The notes under the pieces are model-generated. The model saw nothing but the letters and a program-made list of their open reading frames with translations, had not been told where the DNA came from and searched no databases. Below, piece after piece: positions 30,263-39,841 of a stretch of 64,000 nucleotides of DNA. Numbering within the stretch: the stretch's first letter is position 1; each line of letters begins with the position of its first letter. The translations under genes were made by a program, and so were the position numbers. The stretch comes from a virus (taxonomy: Duplodnaviria > Caudoviricetes), in the IMG/VR virus record IMGVR_UViG_3300027759_000001, one strand, 5' to 3'.

Positions 30263-31102
30263 ATGTTATCATATATTGGAGGAAAAAGTAAGATAGGAAA
30301 GTGGATAGTCCCTTTCTATGATAAAGATATGGAAACATATGTTGAAACATTCGGTGGGATGTTTTGGTGTTTCTTTAATATGGATCTAAGTCAGTTCCCT
30401 AATCTTAAGAAAGTTATATATAATGACTTCAACCCACTTAACCATAATCTATTTGAATGTATTAAGAATCCTGAAAGATTATTGGAATCAATCAACGCAA
30501 TCCCATGTCAACAATTTGGTGTGGAAATTACACCATCAATATATAAAGAACAATTTATCAGCTTTCAGGCTGAAATATTTGATGAAAATTTCAGGGTAGA
30601 ACCTGGTAATTATGATGTTGCAGCTAAATATGCGTATGTTTTAACACAAGTGTTCTCAGGATCTAAACCTGAAAAAAGTTCTTTCATTGACTTAAAAGGT
30701 AAGTACAAATCTAAATACTTAACATTCCGAGATAAATTAATAAAACCTGATTGGGTTGAACATTTCTTAAGAATAAGTGATGTGGAGAATATGGATTTTG
30801 CTGAGGTGATTGAAAAGTATGATTCACCAACAACTTACTTCTATGTTGATCCACCTTATTGGAAGACTGAAAACTATTATTCTAATCACGATTTTGATAG
30901 GGAAGACCACGAGAGACTTTCAAAGTCATTAATAAATATGGAAGGTAAATTCAGTTTATCGTACTATGATTTTGAATTATTACACGAATGGTTTCCTGAA
31001 GATCAGTACAAATGGGAGAAAAAAGAGTTTGCTAAAGCGGCAGCGGCAAAAAAGGGAACAAAACAAAATATGGGTGAGGAATTATTAATAATGAATTACT
31101 AA
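30263..31102 (+). CDS. dam: DNA adenine methyltransferase (Dam/D12 class)
   Basis: YIGGK, YVETFGG, YNDFN, FYVDPPY. Confidence 0.85.
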   Translation: MLSYIGGKSKIGKWIVPFYDKDMETYVETFGGMFWCFFNMDLSQFPNLKKVIYNDFNPLNHNLFECIKNPERLLESINAIPCQQFGVEITPSIYKEQFISFQAEIFDENFRVEPGNYDVAAKYAYVLTQVFSGSKPEKSSFIDLKGKYKSKYLTFRDKLIKPDWVEHFLRISDVENMDFAEVIEKYDSPTTYFYVDPPYWKTENYYSNHDFDREDHERLSKSLINMEGKFSLSYYDFELLHEWFPEDQYKWEKKEFAKAAAAKKGTKQNMGEELLIMNY

Positions 31103-31145
31103 TCATTTTTTTATACTATTGGAATATTTATATTAAAAACTTATT

Positions 31146-33035
31146 ATGGAATTAATTAAGGTATTAACATCTGTCATAAAAGAAAATACAAACGGTAAAC
31201 GTATTGTAAGTGAGGCAATGTCTGAAAAAGTCATTAAATTTTTAATTGACAAATTTAAACCTACAACTAGAGATACTGAAGAACAAATTACGGCAGTTAT
31301 TAACGCATTTGAGAAATATAAAAATGGGTTACCTCAAGATCAAAGAGATATCACCAAATTAACTTATACTATTGTTAAGAACATTGTTTTATCAAAAGAG
31401 ATTAAAAAACAAGAAAAAAGTATATTCAAAAAATATATGGAAGCCAATAAAGGTGCCGACAAAAATGCGGTTAAATTGGCATTACGTAAGTTTTACGAAT
31501 TGTTTCCAATCCTACCTATAAATCAAAGAGACGTTCTTAAAATGCCTTATTTGAAATTGGTTGAGTTTTTACAGAGTAAGTTTAATACTATGTTAACATC
31601 AGCGGCACTTAAGAAATTTAAAGATGATAAGGTTAATGTAACACCTGAACAATTAATTTATTATGTTTCAACATATTTGGATCTATATCATAGGTTACCT
31701 GCAAATTTACCACCATTGTTGTTTATGAGTTTTGATGAACTTGAACATACATTAGATGGTATGGGAGATTTAACTGATGACATTAAAGATACAAAAGATG
31801 ATTATTCTGACATTGAAACAATATATGATGATGATAACTTATTAATCTTCAAACCAAGTGGTAAGGAACAATGTATTAAATTGGCTAACGGAAGAAGTTG
31901 GTGTATATCTAAATCAGGTGGTGGTAATATGTATTACAATTATCGTTTGGGTAATAACTTAACAATTTATTATGTTATTGATAAAGATAAACCATTTGGT
32001 GACCTTAACTATTCAGTTGTCATCTTAGTTGAGCCTTATGGTGGAAAACGAATTGCGGATGGTCAAAATATGTCAGGAGGTTATTCAGGTCATAGGAGAG
32101 AAGAATGGAGTACAATTGTAGGTAAAGTTCCAAAATTAAAAGGTAAAGAACATTTGTTTGTTGCGGATCCATTGAGTACTGCTGAACAAAAAGTACTGAA
32201 TGACTACAAAAATACTACCATCAATAAAGATGCGATTAAAGAACTTGGTAGTGAACAAGCAGCTGAAATGTGGCTTGAGCTTTCAAGTCCTGATTTAACA
32301 TATAGAAGTAATGGTGATGAAATTTATCGTAACTTTACCGAAAATCTTAAAAACAAATACTTAGGGTTGGGAATGGACTTGACCGCTGAAATGATTAATA
32401 ATTCTGAACCTAGTGTGTTGAAATATTATGCAGCAAGAAAACTTCAAGGTTTGATGTCAAAAAGTTTAGGTCAATTGAGTGATTCCGATATTGCATTCAT
32501 CAATAGTCCTATAATGAGAGATAATAAGAAAAAATTAAGAGAAAAATTCTCAGGTCAATTAGCCGGAGTTAGTAGTAGTGGTTATGTTGGTCTTGAATAT
32601 CCAAAAGATGATAACTCTAAGTATGTTGCATTATTTGGGTTTGATGATTTCTTTCAACATATTCCAACTAATACAACTATGATCCAAATGGAAAATACAA
32701 GTAAAACTCCAATTGCTTTGGATTTACCGGAAAGTATTGGTAAATTAACCGAATTAAAAACATTGATTATTGATAATATGGTTAAGTCAATCCCTGAAAG
32801 TATTGGAAATTGTACCAAATTGAAATTTATAAACTTACCTAATAACCCACAATTGGAAAGTATTCCTGAGGCGTTTGGTGAATTGTATTGTTTGAACTTC
32901 TTCTCAACGGAGAATTCAAATCCTGGTATGAGAATACCTAAAAAATTAGAAGAATATATGACAGAGGATGAAGGATTTTGGTTTATCAATTTCCCTCCTG
33001 AATTGAAGAAACATTGTGGACCTATAAGATCTTAA
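31146..33035 (+). CDS. Late protein with a WCIS domain and C-terminal leucine-rich repeats
   Basis: CIKLANGRSWCIS; LPESIGKLTELKTL, IPESIGNCTKLKFINL, IPEAFGELYCL. Confidence 0.75.
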   Translation: MELIKVLTSVIKENTNGKRIVSEAMSEKVIKFLIDKFKPTTRDTEEQITAVINAFEKYKNGLPQDQRDITKLTYTIVKNIVLSKEIKKQEKSIFKKYMEANKGADKNAVKLALRKFYELFPILPINQRDVLKMPYLKLVEFLQSKFNTMLTSAALKKFKDDKVNVTPEQLIYYVSTYLDLYHRLPANLPPLLFMSFDELEHTLDGMGDLTDDIKDTKDDYSDIETIYDDDNLLIFKPSGKEQCIKLANGRSWCISKSGGGNMYYNYRLGNNLTIYYVIDKDKPFGDLNYSVVILVEPYGGKRIADGQNMSGGYSGHRREEWSTIVGKVPKLKGKEHLFVADPLSTAEQKVLNDYKNTTINKDAIKELGSEQAAEMWLELSSPDLTYRSNGDEIYRNFTENLKNKYLGLGMDLTAEMINNSEPSVLKYYAARKLQGLMSKSLGQLSDSDIAFINSPIMRDNKKKLREKFSGQLAGVSSSGYVGLEYPKDDNSKYVALFGFDDFFQHIPTNTTMIQMENTSKTPIALDLPESIGKLTELKTLIIDNMVKSIPESIGNCTKLKFINLPNNPQLESIPEAFGELYCLNFFSTENSNPGMRIPKKLEEYMTEDEGFWFINFPPELKKHCGPIRS

Positions 33036-33331
33036 TGATGAACGTAGACATAGAAATTTATATTAGTCAACTAATAACCTTTTTTGAAAAAAACCCAGGT
33101 GATTTTATGGATCTTGTTGGTGAGGTACAAAAAGAAGAATTCTTTCAAAAGATGAAAGAAAAATCTATTGAGAACTATGAGAAAGGTGAAGACTTTGTAT
33201 TAACCAAACAACAAATTATTGATGTTGTGGTTGATCTTAAATCACCTGAATTAAACCAAAAGTTAAGTTATACAAACAAAGTTAAAGGATTTATTCAAAA
33301 GACTAAGTTTGGGGATATCATACTTAATTGA
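33035..33331 (+). CDS. Hypothetical protein
   Basis: ORF; start moved to the ATG at 33035. Confidence 0.6.
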   Translation: MMNVDIEIYISQLITFFEKNPGDFMDLVGEVQKEEFFQKMKEKSIENYEKGEDFVLTKQQIIDVVVDLKSPELNQKLSYTNKVKGFIQKTKFGDIILN

Positions 33332-33348
33332 TTTTTTTTATGTAAAGG

Positions 33349-33379
33349 CTTGTAGAATCCAAAAAATTGACTATCTTTG
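33349..33379 (+). promoter_or_regulatory. Bacteroidota-type promoter
   Basis: CTTG-N19-TATCTTTG(33372). Confidence 0.6.
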
Positions 33380-33404
33380 TAAGGTAATCTAAAAAACTAA
33401 TTAT

Positions 33405-34160
33405 ATGATCTATACTCCAGAATTAATCAAGTCAACCGCACCATCAATCTTCGCAACATCTCCATCGTCAAAAATGACAAACAAGTATGAATTTGTCCCT
33501 ACAGACAAGATCATGGAGTTCTTTGATAGAGAAGGGTGGGAAATTTCATCTGTTAAACAAAATGGTAGTGGTATCCACGCCTTACACGAAGTAAAGTTCC
33601 GTAATGGACAACTTCCATCTGTTGGTGATACTTTGGTTGAAGCAATCATCAAAAACTCTCACAATGGTATGTCGGCATTCTCAATGAGTGCAGGTCTTCA
33701 CAGATTGGTGTGTAGTAACGGATTAACGGTTCCTACGTCAGTAGCAGACCAATTCCGAATCCGACACAAAGATTTCCAACTTGACGATGTTAAAATGTTA
33801 ACGGAAAGTTTCGCAAAGAAATTACCAATGATTCAACACTCTGTTGGAAGAATGATGGAACGTCAACTTACTATGGATGAAAAAGTTGAGTTCGTTCAAA
33901 AAGCATCTAAACTTAGATGGGCAACAGGTTCAGTTCCTTCAACACTTGATTTAGTGGACTTGTTAACACCTAACCGTAACGAAGATGAAGGAGATGACCT
34001 TTGGAAAGTCTTTAACGTAGTACAAGAGAAATTTGTACGAGGTGGGGTTGAGTACAGATCACAAAGTGGTCGTAAGACAGGGTTAAGAGGTTTGAAAAAT
34101 ATTATGGCGGTAAACGCAATAAATACAAAACTTTGGGAGACTGCTGAGTCAATGATCTAA
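33405..34160 (+). CDS. DUF932-family phage/plasmid protein
   Basis: NSHNGMSAF...AGLHRLVCSNG; DLWKVFNVVQE. Confidence 0.85.
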   Translation: MIYTPELIKSTAPSIFATSPSSKMTNKYEFVPTDKIMEFFDREGWEISSVKQNGSGIHALHEVKFRNGQLPSVGDTLVEAIIKNSHNGMSAFSMSAGLHRLVCSNGLTVPTSVADQFRIRHKDFQLDDVKMLTESFAKKLPMIQHSVGRMMERQLTMDEKVEFVQKASKLRWATGSVPSTLDLVDLLTPNRNEDEGDDLWKVFNVVQEKFVRGGVEYRSQSGRKTGLRGLKNIMAVNAINTKLWETAESMI

Positions 34161-34167
34161 AATAAAC

Positions 34168-34192
34168 GTGGGGTGAACAACCCCACTTTTTT
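34168..34192 (+). terminator. Intrinsic terminator
   Basis: GTGGGG-N7-CCCCAC followed by a T run. Confidence 0.8.
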
Positions 34193-34206
34193 AATTTATA
34201 GTCAAT

Positions 34207-34530
34207 ATGTTTAAACGTGAGAATGATTTTTTGGACATCTTAAAAGAAAGACATGATAAATTATATGGTATCATTAAAGTTAATAGTACTATAGGACTAA
34301 CACCTAAGACATTAATAGAAAAGAAATTTGAAATTGAATACTTGGATAGTGTTGAGTTTGAATTTGAACTTAATCATTTAGAATCAATACTTAAACATAA
34401 ATCTGGGTTTTACTTATATTTATCTAAAATGGAGGTCGCAGATATGTCGTATCAGATGAAAATTTATTACGATATGGACCAATTAAACGAAGTATCATTC
34501 TTCATTAAAAACTTATCAAAAATTAAATAA
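34207..34530 (+). CDS. Hypothetical protein
   Basis: ORF. Confidence 0.6.
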   Translation: MFKRENDFLDILKERHDKLYGIIKVNSTIGLTPKTLIEKKFEIEYLDSVEFEFELNHLESILKHKSGFYLYLSKMEVADMSYQMKIYYDMDQLNEVSFFIKNLSKIK

Positions 34531-34532
34531 AA

Positions 34533-34847
34533 ATGGAAATTACAAGTGTTGAGTTACAAGAAAAAATTAACTCAGGTAAAAAAGTTATCGTAGAATTTTG
34601 GGCAGAATGGTGTGGTCCGTGCAAAATGATGAAACCTTTATTTGAAAGAGTTGCATCTCAAAACACATCAAACGTTGAAATGTATACAATGAATGTAGAT
34701 TTAAATAAAGAAATTGGAGCATCATTGGGTATAAGAAGTATCCCAACAATTAAAGTTTTCCAAAATAGTAACATCATTGATACTAGAGTTGGTATGATGA
34801 ATGAGGGTCAAATAAACGGGATCCTAACAGAATTGATCAATGGATAA
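34533..34847 (+). CDS. trxA: Thioredoxin
   Basis: WCGPC active site; IRSIPT. Confidence 0.92.
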   Translation: MEITSVELQEKINSGKKVIVEFWAEWCGPCKMMKPLFERVASQNTSNVEMYTMNVDLNKEIGASLGIRSIPTIKVFQNSNIIDTRVGMMNEGQINGILTELING

Positions 34848-35127
34848 GTTAGCAATCATATTTTCAATGAAATCATGTGGTCATTGTAAAACACTTAAGG
34901 AAATGTTGGATAAAGAAGACATACCTTATATTGATAGAGATATTGACGAACATAGCGATGAATACGATATGTTTGTTTCAATTACTAAGAATGAATATGT
35001 TCCGGCATTTATGTTAATTGAATCACCGGGGCAAGAAAATTCTAAGACTGAACTTTACGCACCTGAAAGAGATTATAATGAACTTGATGAAGGTGTAAAA
35101 ATCATTAAAGAGTTTTACGAAAGATAA
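34840..35127 (+). CDS. Glutaredoxin-like protein
   Basis: CGHC; YVPAF. Confidence 0.8.
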   Translation: MDKLAIIFSMKSCGHCKTLKEMLDKEDIPYIDRDIDEHSDEYDMFVSITKNEYVPAFMLIESPGQENSKTELYAPERDYNELDEGVKIIKEFYER

Positions 35128-35130
35128 TAA

Positions 35131-35166
35131 AAAACCCCATTTCTTAATAAGAGTGGGGTTTCTTTT
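35131..35166. terminator. Bidirectional terminator
   Basis: AACCCCAT...GTGGGGTT flanked by A and T runs between convergent genes. Confidence 0.8.
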
Positions 35167-35855
35167 TAGAATATAATTACATCCTCTAATCTGTCCTGAA
35201 CCAAGTATGGTTTTTCTCCCTCAGGATCCAATATATCTTGGGTAAGGTCATAAGACTCCATTCTATTGGAGAAGTCCTCTAAATCAAAGTCAAATACGTC
35301 TAAAATTAGTGATCTGATTGTTTGTGGATTATACATTGACGTAGTCACAACTTTAATATCAACCTCATCATCTACTTTAGGTAAGAAATGAATATACATA
35401 CTTTCTGATCCGATTGTTGATGAAATTTGGTTAAGTATATAATGTGAGTAGTAAACCATAGATCTACCTGTACGTAAACTATAACCATATGGAAACTCAG
35501 AACTAATTGAAATTTCATCAAATGATTTATTCTCCTCAACAAATACATTTTTATTTGTATCAACCCAACCTGTTTCAATTGGGAATATCTCAACTCCGTA
35601 TTTGATTATATTAATGATATTAAAATGTTCTAAACCTAATGATTTAAGAATATCTTTATAGGTCTCATTGAATTCATTTTTTAATTCGTCAATGTTAAGT
35701 TCTGTTTCGCTTGTGGTCTGACCATTAACAACCATGAATACATCACAATCTGTGATTTGTATAATTGATCTTTCTTTTGGGTCAATTTTAGAAACGATGA
35801 AATCGGCAAATAAATTTACTATGCCTCGTCTTGAATTTTTATTGATTAATCTCAT
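35166..35855 (-). CDS. Hypothetical protein, possibly a degenerate MetK (SAM synthetase) fold
   Basis: LFADFIVSKIDPKERSIIQ..FMVVNGQTTS resembles the MetK N-domain; catalytic GHPDK is absent. Confidence 0.45.
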   Translation of the reverse strand: MRLINKNSRRGIVNLFADFIVSKIDPKERSIIQITDCDVFMVVNGQTTSETELNIDELKNEFNETYKDILKSLGLEHFNIINIIKYGVEIFPIETGWVDTNKNVFVEENKSFDEISISSEFPYGYSLRTGRSMVYYSHYILNQISSTIGSESMYIHFLPKVDDEVDIKVVTTSMYNPQTIRSLILDVFDFDLEDFSNRMESYDLTQDILDPEGEKPYLVQDRLEDVIIF

Positions 35856-35906
35856 ATCTTTTTTTGTAATTAATATGAGTTTTAAATGAATATATAAATA
35901 GTTTAG

Positions 35907-37001
35907 TTAAATATAGTCTCCGAATATATCATTTATATCTTTGGTAACTAAACCGTAATCTGGGTAATCAGGTATTCTAAAGTCTAACCAATCATATTCA
36001 CCATCATCCATTAGTCGTTTCATCATAGTTGTATAACTACCCTCGTAATCTAATTTATCTTCACTATATTCACTACCCACACGACTGGAAAGAAATTTTT
36101 CCACATTACCTTGTAAGTCACGTATTTTAACATATTGTAACCATTTAGTTGTTTCACCTATTTTGGTTTGTTCTTCAAGTACTCTACCAACAAAGTGTAT
36201 ATCCAACTCTGACCAAATTAAACCATATATTTCACTTTGGTATGCCCCATTATATGCATTATTATGAATATTACTTAGTTCACTTTCTAATTCAGATAAA
36301 TCATCATCTAAAAGTTGTTTCATCGCTTCTTCATTCTTAATCAATTCATCTAAATTTTCTTCTTTGATTATGAAATAACCTTCAGTTCCTTGTTCTTCAG
36401 ATAAACCTTCAAAAAACTCTGAGTCATATTTTTCTAATGAAAACTCAACATTACCAATTTCTCTGAATATATAATTTCTTAATTTTATAACATTTTCAAC
36501 ATCTAATTCTTCAATTACATCTTCATAAACATTATTGGTTGAATCATAAAAATCTTCATAGTAATCTTCACCTAATACGTGTTCTGCAACATCTTTTGCC
36601 GTAGTATCGCGACCACGATCATCAAATAGTTCGGCAAGTTCTGTACGGTCTCTTAAGAATAGGTAATAACCATCTGATCTTCTTTCAACATCCCTTAGAA
36701 TGTTTCCGGATAACCATTCTAACCAAACTTCAGGATCCTGTTGTATTTTATGTAAGAGAAAATCATTCTCAAGAACTTCTGGTATAGATTTATATTCAAA
36801 GTTATCTAAAATTTTTGTTTTAACTAAAAAATCAAATGAGGGTACGTTATTATAAGGTATGTTGGATAAGTCTAACTCATTAATTAAACCTGTTCTAAGT
36901 ATAAAACTTAAAAATACCTCAATCCTATTATTGAATATTTTGGATATACCATTCCAATTACCTTCATTAAATTCTTCAATTAGTTCTTCAATATCATTCA
37001 T
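35907..37001 (-). CDS. Acidic hypothetical late protein
   Basis: 364-aa D/E-rich ORF; TATTTAT upstream on the minus strand. Confidence 0.7.
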   Translation of the reverse strand: MNDIEELIEEFNEGNWNGISKIFNNRIEVFLSFILRTGLINELDLSNIPYNNVPSFDFLVKTKILDNFEYKSIPEVLENDFLLHKIQQDPEVWLEWLSGNILRDVERRSDGYYLFLRDRTELAELFDDRGRDTTAKDVAEHVLGEDYYEDFYDSTNNVYEDVIEELDVENVIKLRNYIFREIGNVEFSLEKYDSEFFEGLSEEQGTEGYFIIKEENLDELIKNEEAMKQLLDDDLSELESELSNIHNNAYNGAYQSEIYGLIWSELDIHFVGRVLEEQTKIGETTKWLQYVKIRDLQGNVEKFLSSRVGSEYSEDKLDYEGSYTTMMKRLMDDGEYDWLDFRIPDYPDYGLVTKDINDIFGDYI

Positions 37002-37067
37002 AACTTATAAATATAAAAAAAGGTGGAAAATACTTCCCACCTCAACTTTTTAACCAATAACCACAGA

Positions 37068-37208
37068 TTACTTTTTGTTGTAATACTTCTCAACAATTTT
37101 CTTTACCGACTCTTGAACCGAAGATTGGCTCGCCGCTGGTTGTTGTGGAGCTTGTTGAGGTGCCTGAACAGGTTGTTGATTTGCTTTATTTTTACATCCG
37201 CATCCCAT
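37068..37208 (-). CDS. 46-aa MGCGCK microprotein; not in the ORF track
   Basis: MGCGCKNKANQQPVQAPQQAPQQPAASQSSVQESVKKIVEKYYNKK; late motif upstream, terminator-like hairpin at 37021-37042 downstream. Confidence 0.6.
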   Translation of the reverse strand: MGCGCKNKANQQPVQAPQQAPQQPAASQSSVQESVKKIVEKYYNKK

Positions 37209-37290
37209 AATATTTGTTTTAATAGGTTTATTTAATTATAAATATCAGAGAAGTATCATATTTTGTAAACCATTAAATATTTATTGTAAT

Positions 37291-38826
37291 ATGAAAAAAG
37301 TTGTAAGGATTAACGAGAGTGATTTAATTGGATTAATAAAGAATATTATTATTGAACAAGATGATAGTGTTGAGTATGAAGATTTCACTCCACAAGAATA
37401 TATGGATTTATTAAAGTCTGTTAATTATAAAGCACAAGCGATTCCTAAGTTTCCTGATTTCAAAGGTAAAAAAATAAGAGTAAATGGTAACTTACCCTTA
37501 ATGGGTTTAAAACAAATAACTAATTTGGGTGAGTTAATTGTGACTGGTGATTTAAATCTTCGTTCCTCAGGTATTGTAAGTCTTGAAGGTGTTACAGTTG
37601 GTGGTAGTTTAAGTTATTGGGACACACCATATAGTAAAGAAATTGATAGAAGAAAAGAAATGGCTTTAAGGGCTGAAGCCAGACAAAGAAGAGAAGATGG
37701 TGAATGGGATTTAAATAATTCTAATATTGATGACGAAGGTTTAATGGCAAACGCAGTTTTTGATTATATGGTTCAAGAAGGTGATATTGGATATTTAGAT
37801 GGACCAGAACGTGAAGAATTAGAAGATTTGGAAAGAAGAATGGAAGAACTTGAGGAAAGAATAGATAACGAGGAAGATTCTGAAATTGTTGATGAATTGG
37901 AGATTGAACAAAATGATTTGCAATCCGAGATTGATGAACTTAAGGATAAAGATAATGATGTGTATGATTTAATACCTGAGGGTTCCCATTATGACTTATA
38001 TACATTTAGGTCAATACATAATGATGCTAGTGGTTATATTTATGCGGTTGGAACTGAAAATGAAGCGGATAGTTCCCTTAAAGAGTATTATGATGAAATG
38101 GTAAATGATTTAAGTAATTTTGATAAAAATACTTTATCTTACCATATTGATGGTGACGAAGTTGCGGAATATTATGAAGACATGATTCGTGAATGGGTTA
38201 TGGACGATCCTGAAAATTATGATGTTAGTAGGGAAACTAGTGTTAAACAAGATAAAGAAATTGAAAAATTACAAAACCAAAAAAGGTCACTTGAAATAGA
38301 AACATATTTAATTTCAAGTGGAGCTAGATCTCCTCTTATAGAGGAAGATGTTGAATCTGTAAAATACTTCAAATTTAATGATTATATGGATAATATTTTA
38401 ATTGTTGAATGGTCTGAAAATAAATGGCAAATTTACCAAAACGGTAAAAAAGTTGAGTCAGTAACTTATGAAGATGAAGATGAGGATGGTGAACATGAGT
38501 CGGATAATGAATCAAGGGTTGAAGAAATTGAAAGTGAAATAGAAGGTATAGACGAAGAAATACAAGATATAAAAGATGATCCAGATGGTGATTTAAATGA
38601 TGATGAGGTTGAAGAAGCCGTTGAGGATAGGTTATTTCAAATTAAAGATGACCCAATGAGTTGGTTAGATGAAATGGGTGATGACTATAATAATTTTATA
38701 GATAGACAAAGTTTATTAAATGATTTAATAGATGAGAATGATTATGGTGTAATAAGTAGTTACAACAATGAATATGACACCGTTTCAGTTAATGATTCAA
38801 CTTTTGTTGTAATGAGAATTGACTAA
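37291..38826 (+). CDS. Highly acidic putative head-packaged protein with short LRR-like repeats
   Basis: MKKVVRINESDLIGLIKNIIIEQ leader; VTGDLNLRSSGIVSL..VTVGGSL. Confidence 0.7.
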   Translation: MKKVVRINESDLIGLIKNIIIEQDDSVEYEDFTPQEYMDLLKSVNYKAQAIPKFPDFKGKKIRVNGNLPLMGLKQITNLGELIVTGDLNLRSSGIVSLEGVTVGGSLSYWDTPYSKEIDRRKEMALRAEARQRREDGEWDLNNSNIDDEGLMANAVFDYMVQEGDIGYLDGPEREELEDLERRMEELEERIDNEEDSEIVDELEIEQNDLQSEIDELKDKDNDVYDLIPEGSHYDLYTFRSIHNDASGYIYAVGTENEADSSLKEYYDEMVNDLSNFDKNTLSYHIDGDEVAEYYEDMIREWVMDDPENYDVSRETSVKQDKEIEKLQNQKRSLEIETYLISSGARSPLIEEDVESVKYFKFNDYMDNILIVEWSENKWQIYQNGKKVESVTYEDEDEDGEHESDNESRVEEIESEIEGIDEEIQDIKDDPDGDLNDDEVEEAVEDRLFQIKDDPMSWLDEMGDDYNNFIDRQSLLNDLIDENDYGVISSYNNEYDTVSVNDSTFVVMRID

Positions 38827-38867
38827 TACCTTTACAGAATACAATTATATTATTATGTTTGTGGGTA

Positions 38868-39656
38868 ATGGCAAGAAATAAAAAAATAGAATTTGTAATG
38901 GACACCGATTGGATGTTTGAAAAGCCAATTGATAGTGAACATAAGGAATATAAATTACTATCATATTTCCAACGTATGGGTGAAAAGTTAGATAACATGG
39001 AACTTTATCCTGGGTTTATAGAATTATCATTACATTTAGCAAACATACAAACACTTATCAGGGATAAGAAAATCATATATACAAACAAAAAATTTAATTC
39101 AGTTGATGACGAACTTTTAGTGAAAGATCTTAAAATTAAAAGTGTTCCTGAAATGTCAACTGATGAATATGAAGAATTCACAAAAATTTTACAATACACT
39201 GCACCAAGGATGTCGGAATATTTTAATATTGCAAAATCTGTATGGACATTAGTTTATGATAGTATTGAGGCAAAATACAGGAAGAATAAAAAAGAAATTT
39301 TATCTAACAAAGGTTTCTTCTTCCATTTGGATAAGAGAGACAACAAGTATTATGTTTGGGAGTATGAAGTATCTCCGGCAGCAAAAAAATCACCAGAAAA
39401 TAAGACAAATGTTAAATTAATTTATTGTGATGATAAAAACAAATTGACAATACCAAAGATAATAACTACATTTTCTGAGACCGAAAACAAAACAAAGTTA
39501 CCGGTGTTAGAAATGATTAGTAAAGGTGATTTCCCAATTGAAGAAACATTATTACCATTATTTAAAAGAAAAACAATAATGTTAATTAATCAAACGAGAA
39601 ATTACAATATTGAACAAGAGGACAAGAAAAAAGAAAAAGAATTTTTAGAAGATTAA
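38868..39656 (+). CDS. Hypothetical protein
   Basis: ORF; start moved to the ATG at 38868. Confidence 0.65.
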   Translation: MARNKKIEFVMDTDWMFEKPIDSEHKEYKLLSYFQRMGEKLDNMELYPGFIELSLHLANIQTLIRDKKIIYTNKKFNSVDDELLVKDLKIKSVPEMSTDEYEEFTKILQYTAPRMSEYFNIAKSVWTLVYDSIEAKYRKNKKEILSNKGFFFHLDKRDNKYYVWEYEVSPAAKKSPENKTNVKLIYCDDKNKLTIPKIITTFSETENKTKLPVLEMISKGDFPIEETLLPLFKRKTIMLINQTRNYNIEQEDKKKEKEFLED

Positions 39657-39658
39657 AA

Positions 39659-39841
39659 ATGGGTTTTAACAAAAGATTTTTAAAGAAAGAGAACATCCTT
39701 AATCACCTTACAGATATTATGAATTATTTAGATGCCGACGCAGTGTTGTGTACGGATGAATTTTCACGCAATGTCTACAGGATGTTTAATGAGGGAAAAA
39801 ATGAGGAAGAAATAATAAAATACATAAATAAAAATAAATGA
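39659..39841 (+). CDS. Hypothetical protein
   Basis: Coupled ORF. Confidence 0.55.
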   Translation: MGFNKRFLKKENILNHLTDIMNYLDADAVLCTDEFSRNVYRMFNEGKNEEEIIKYINKNK

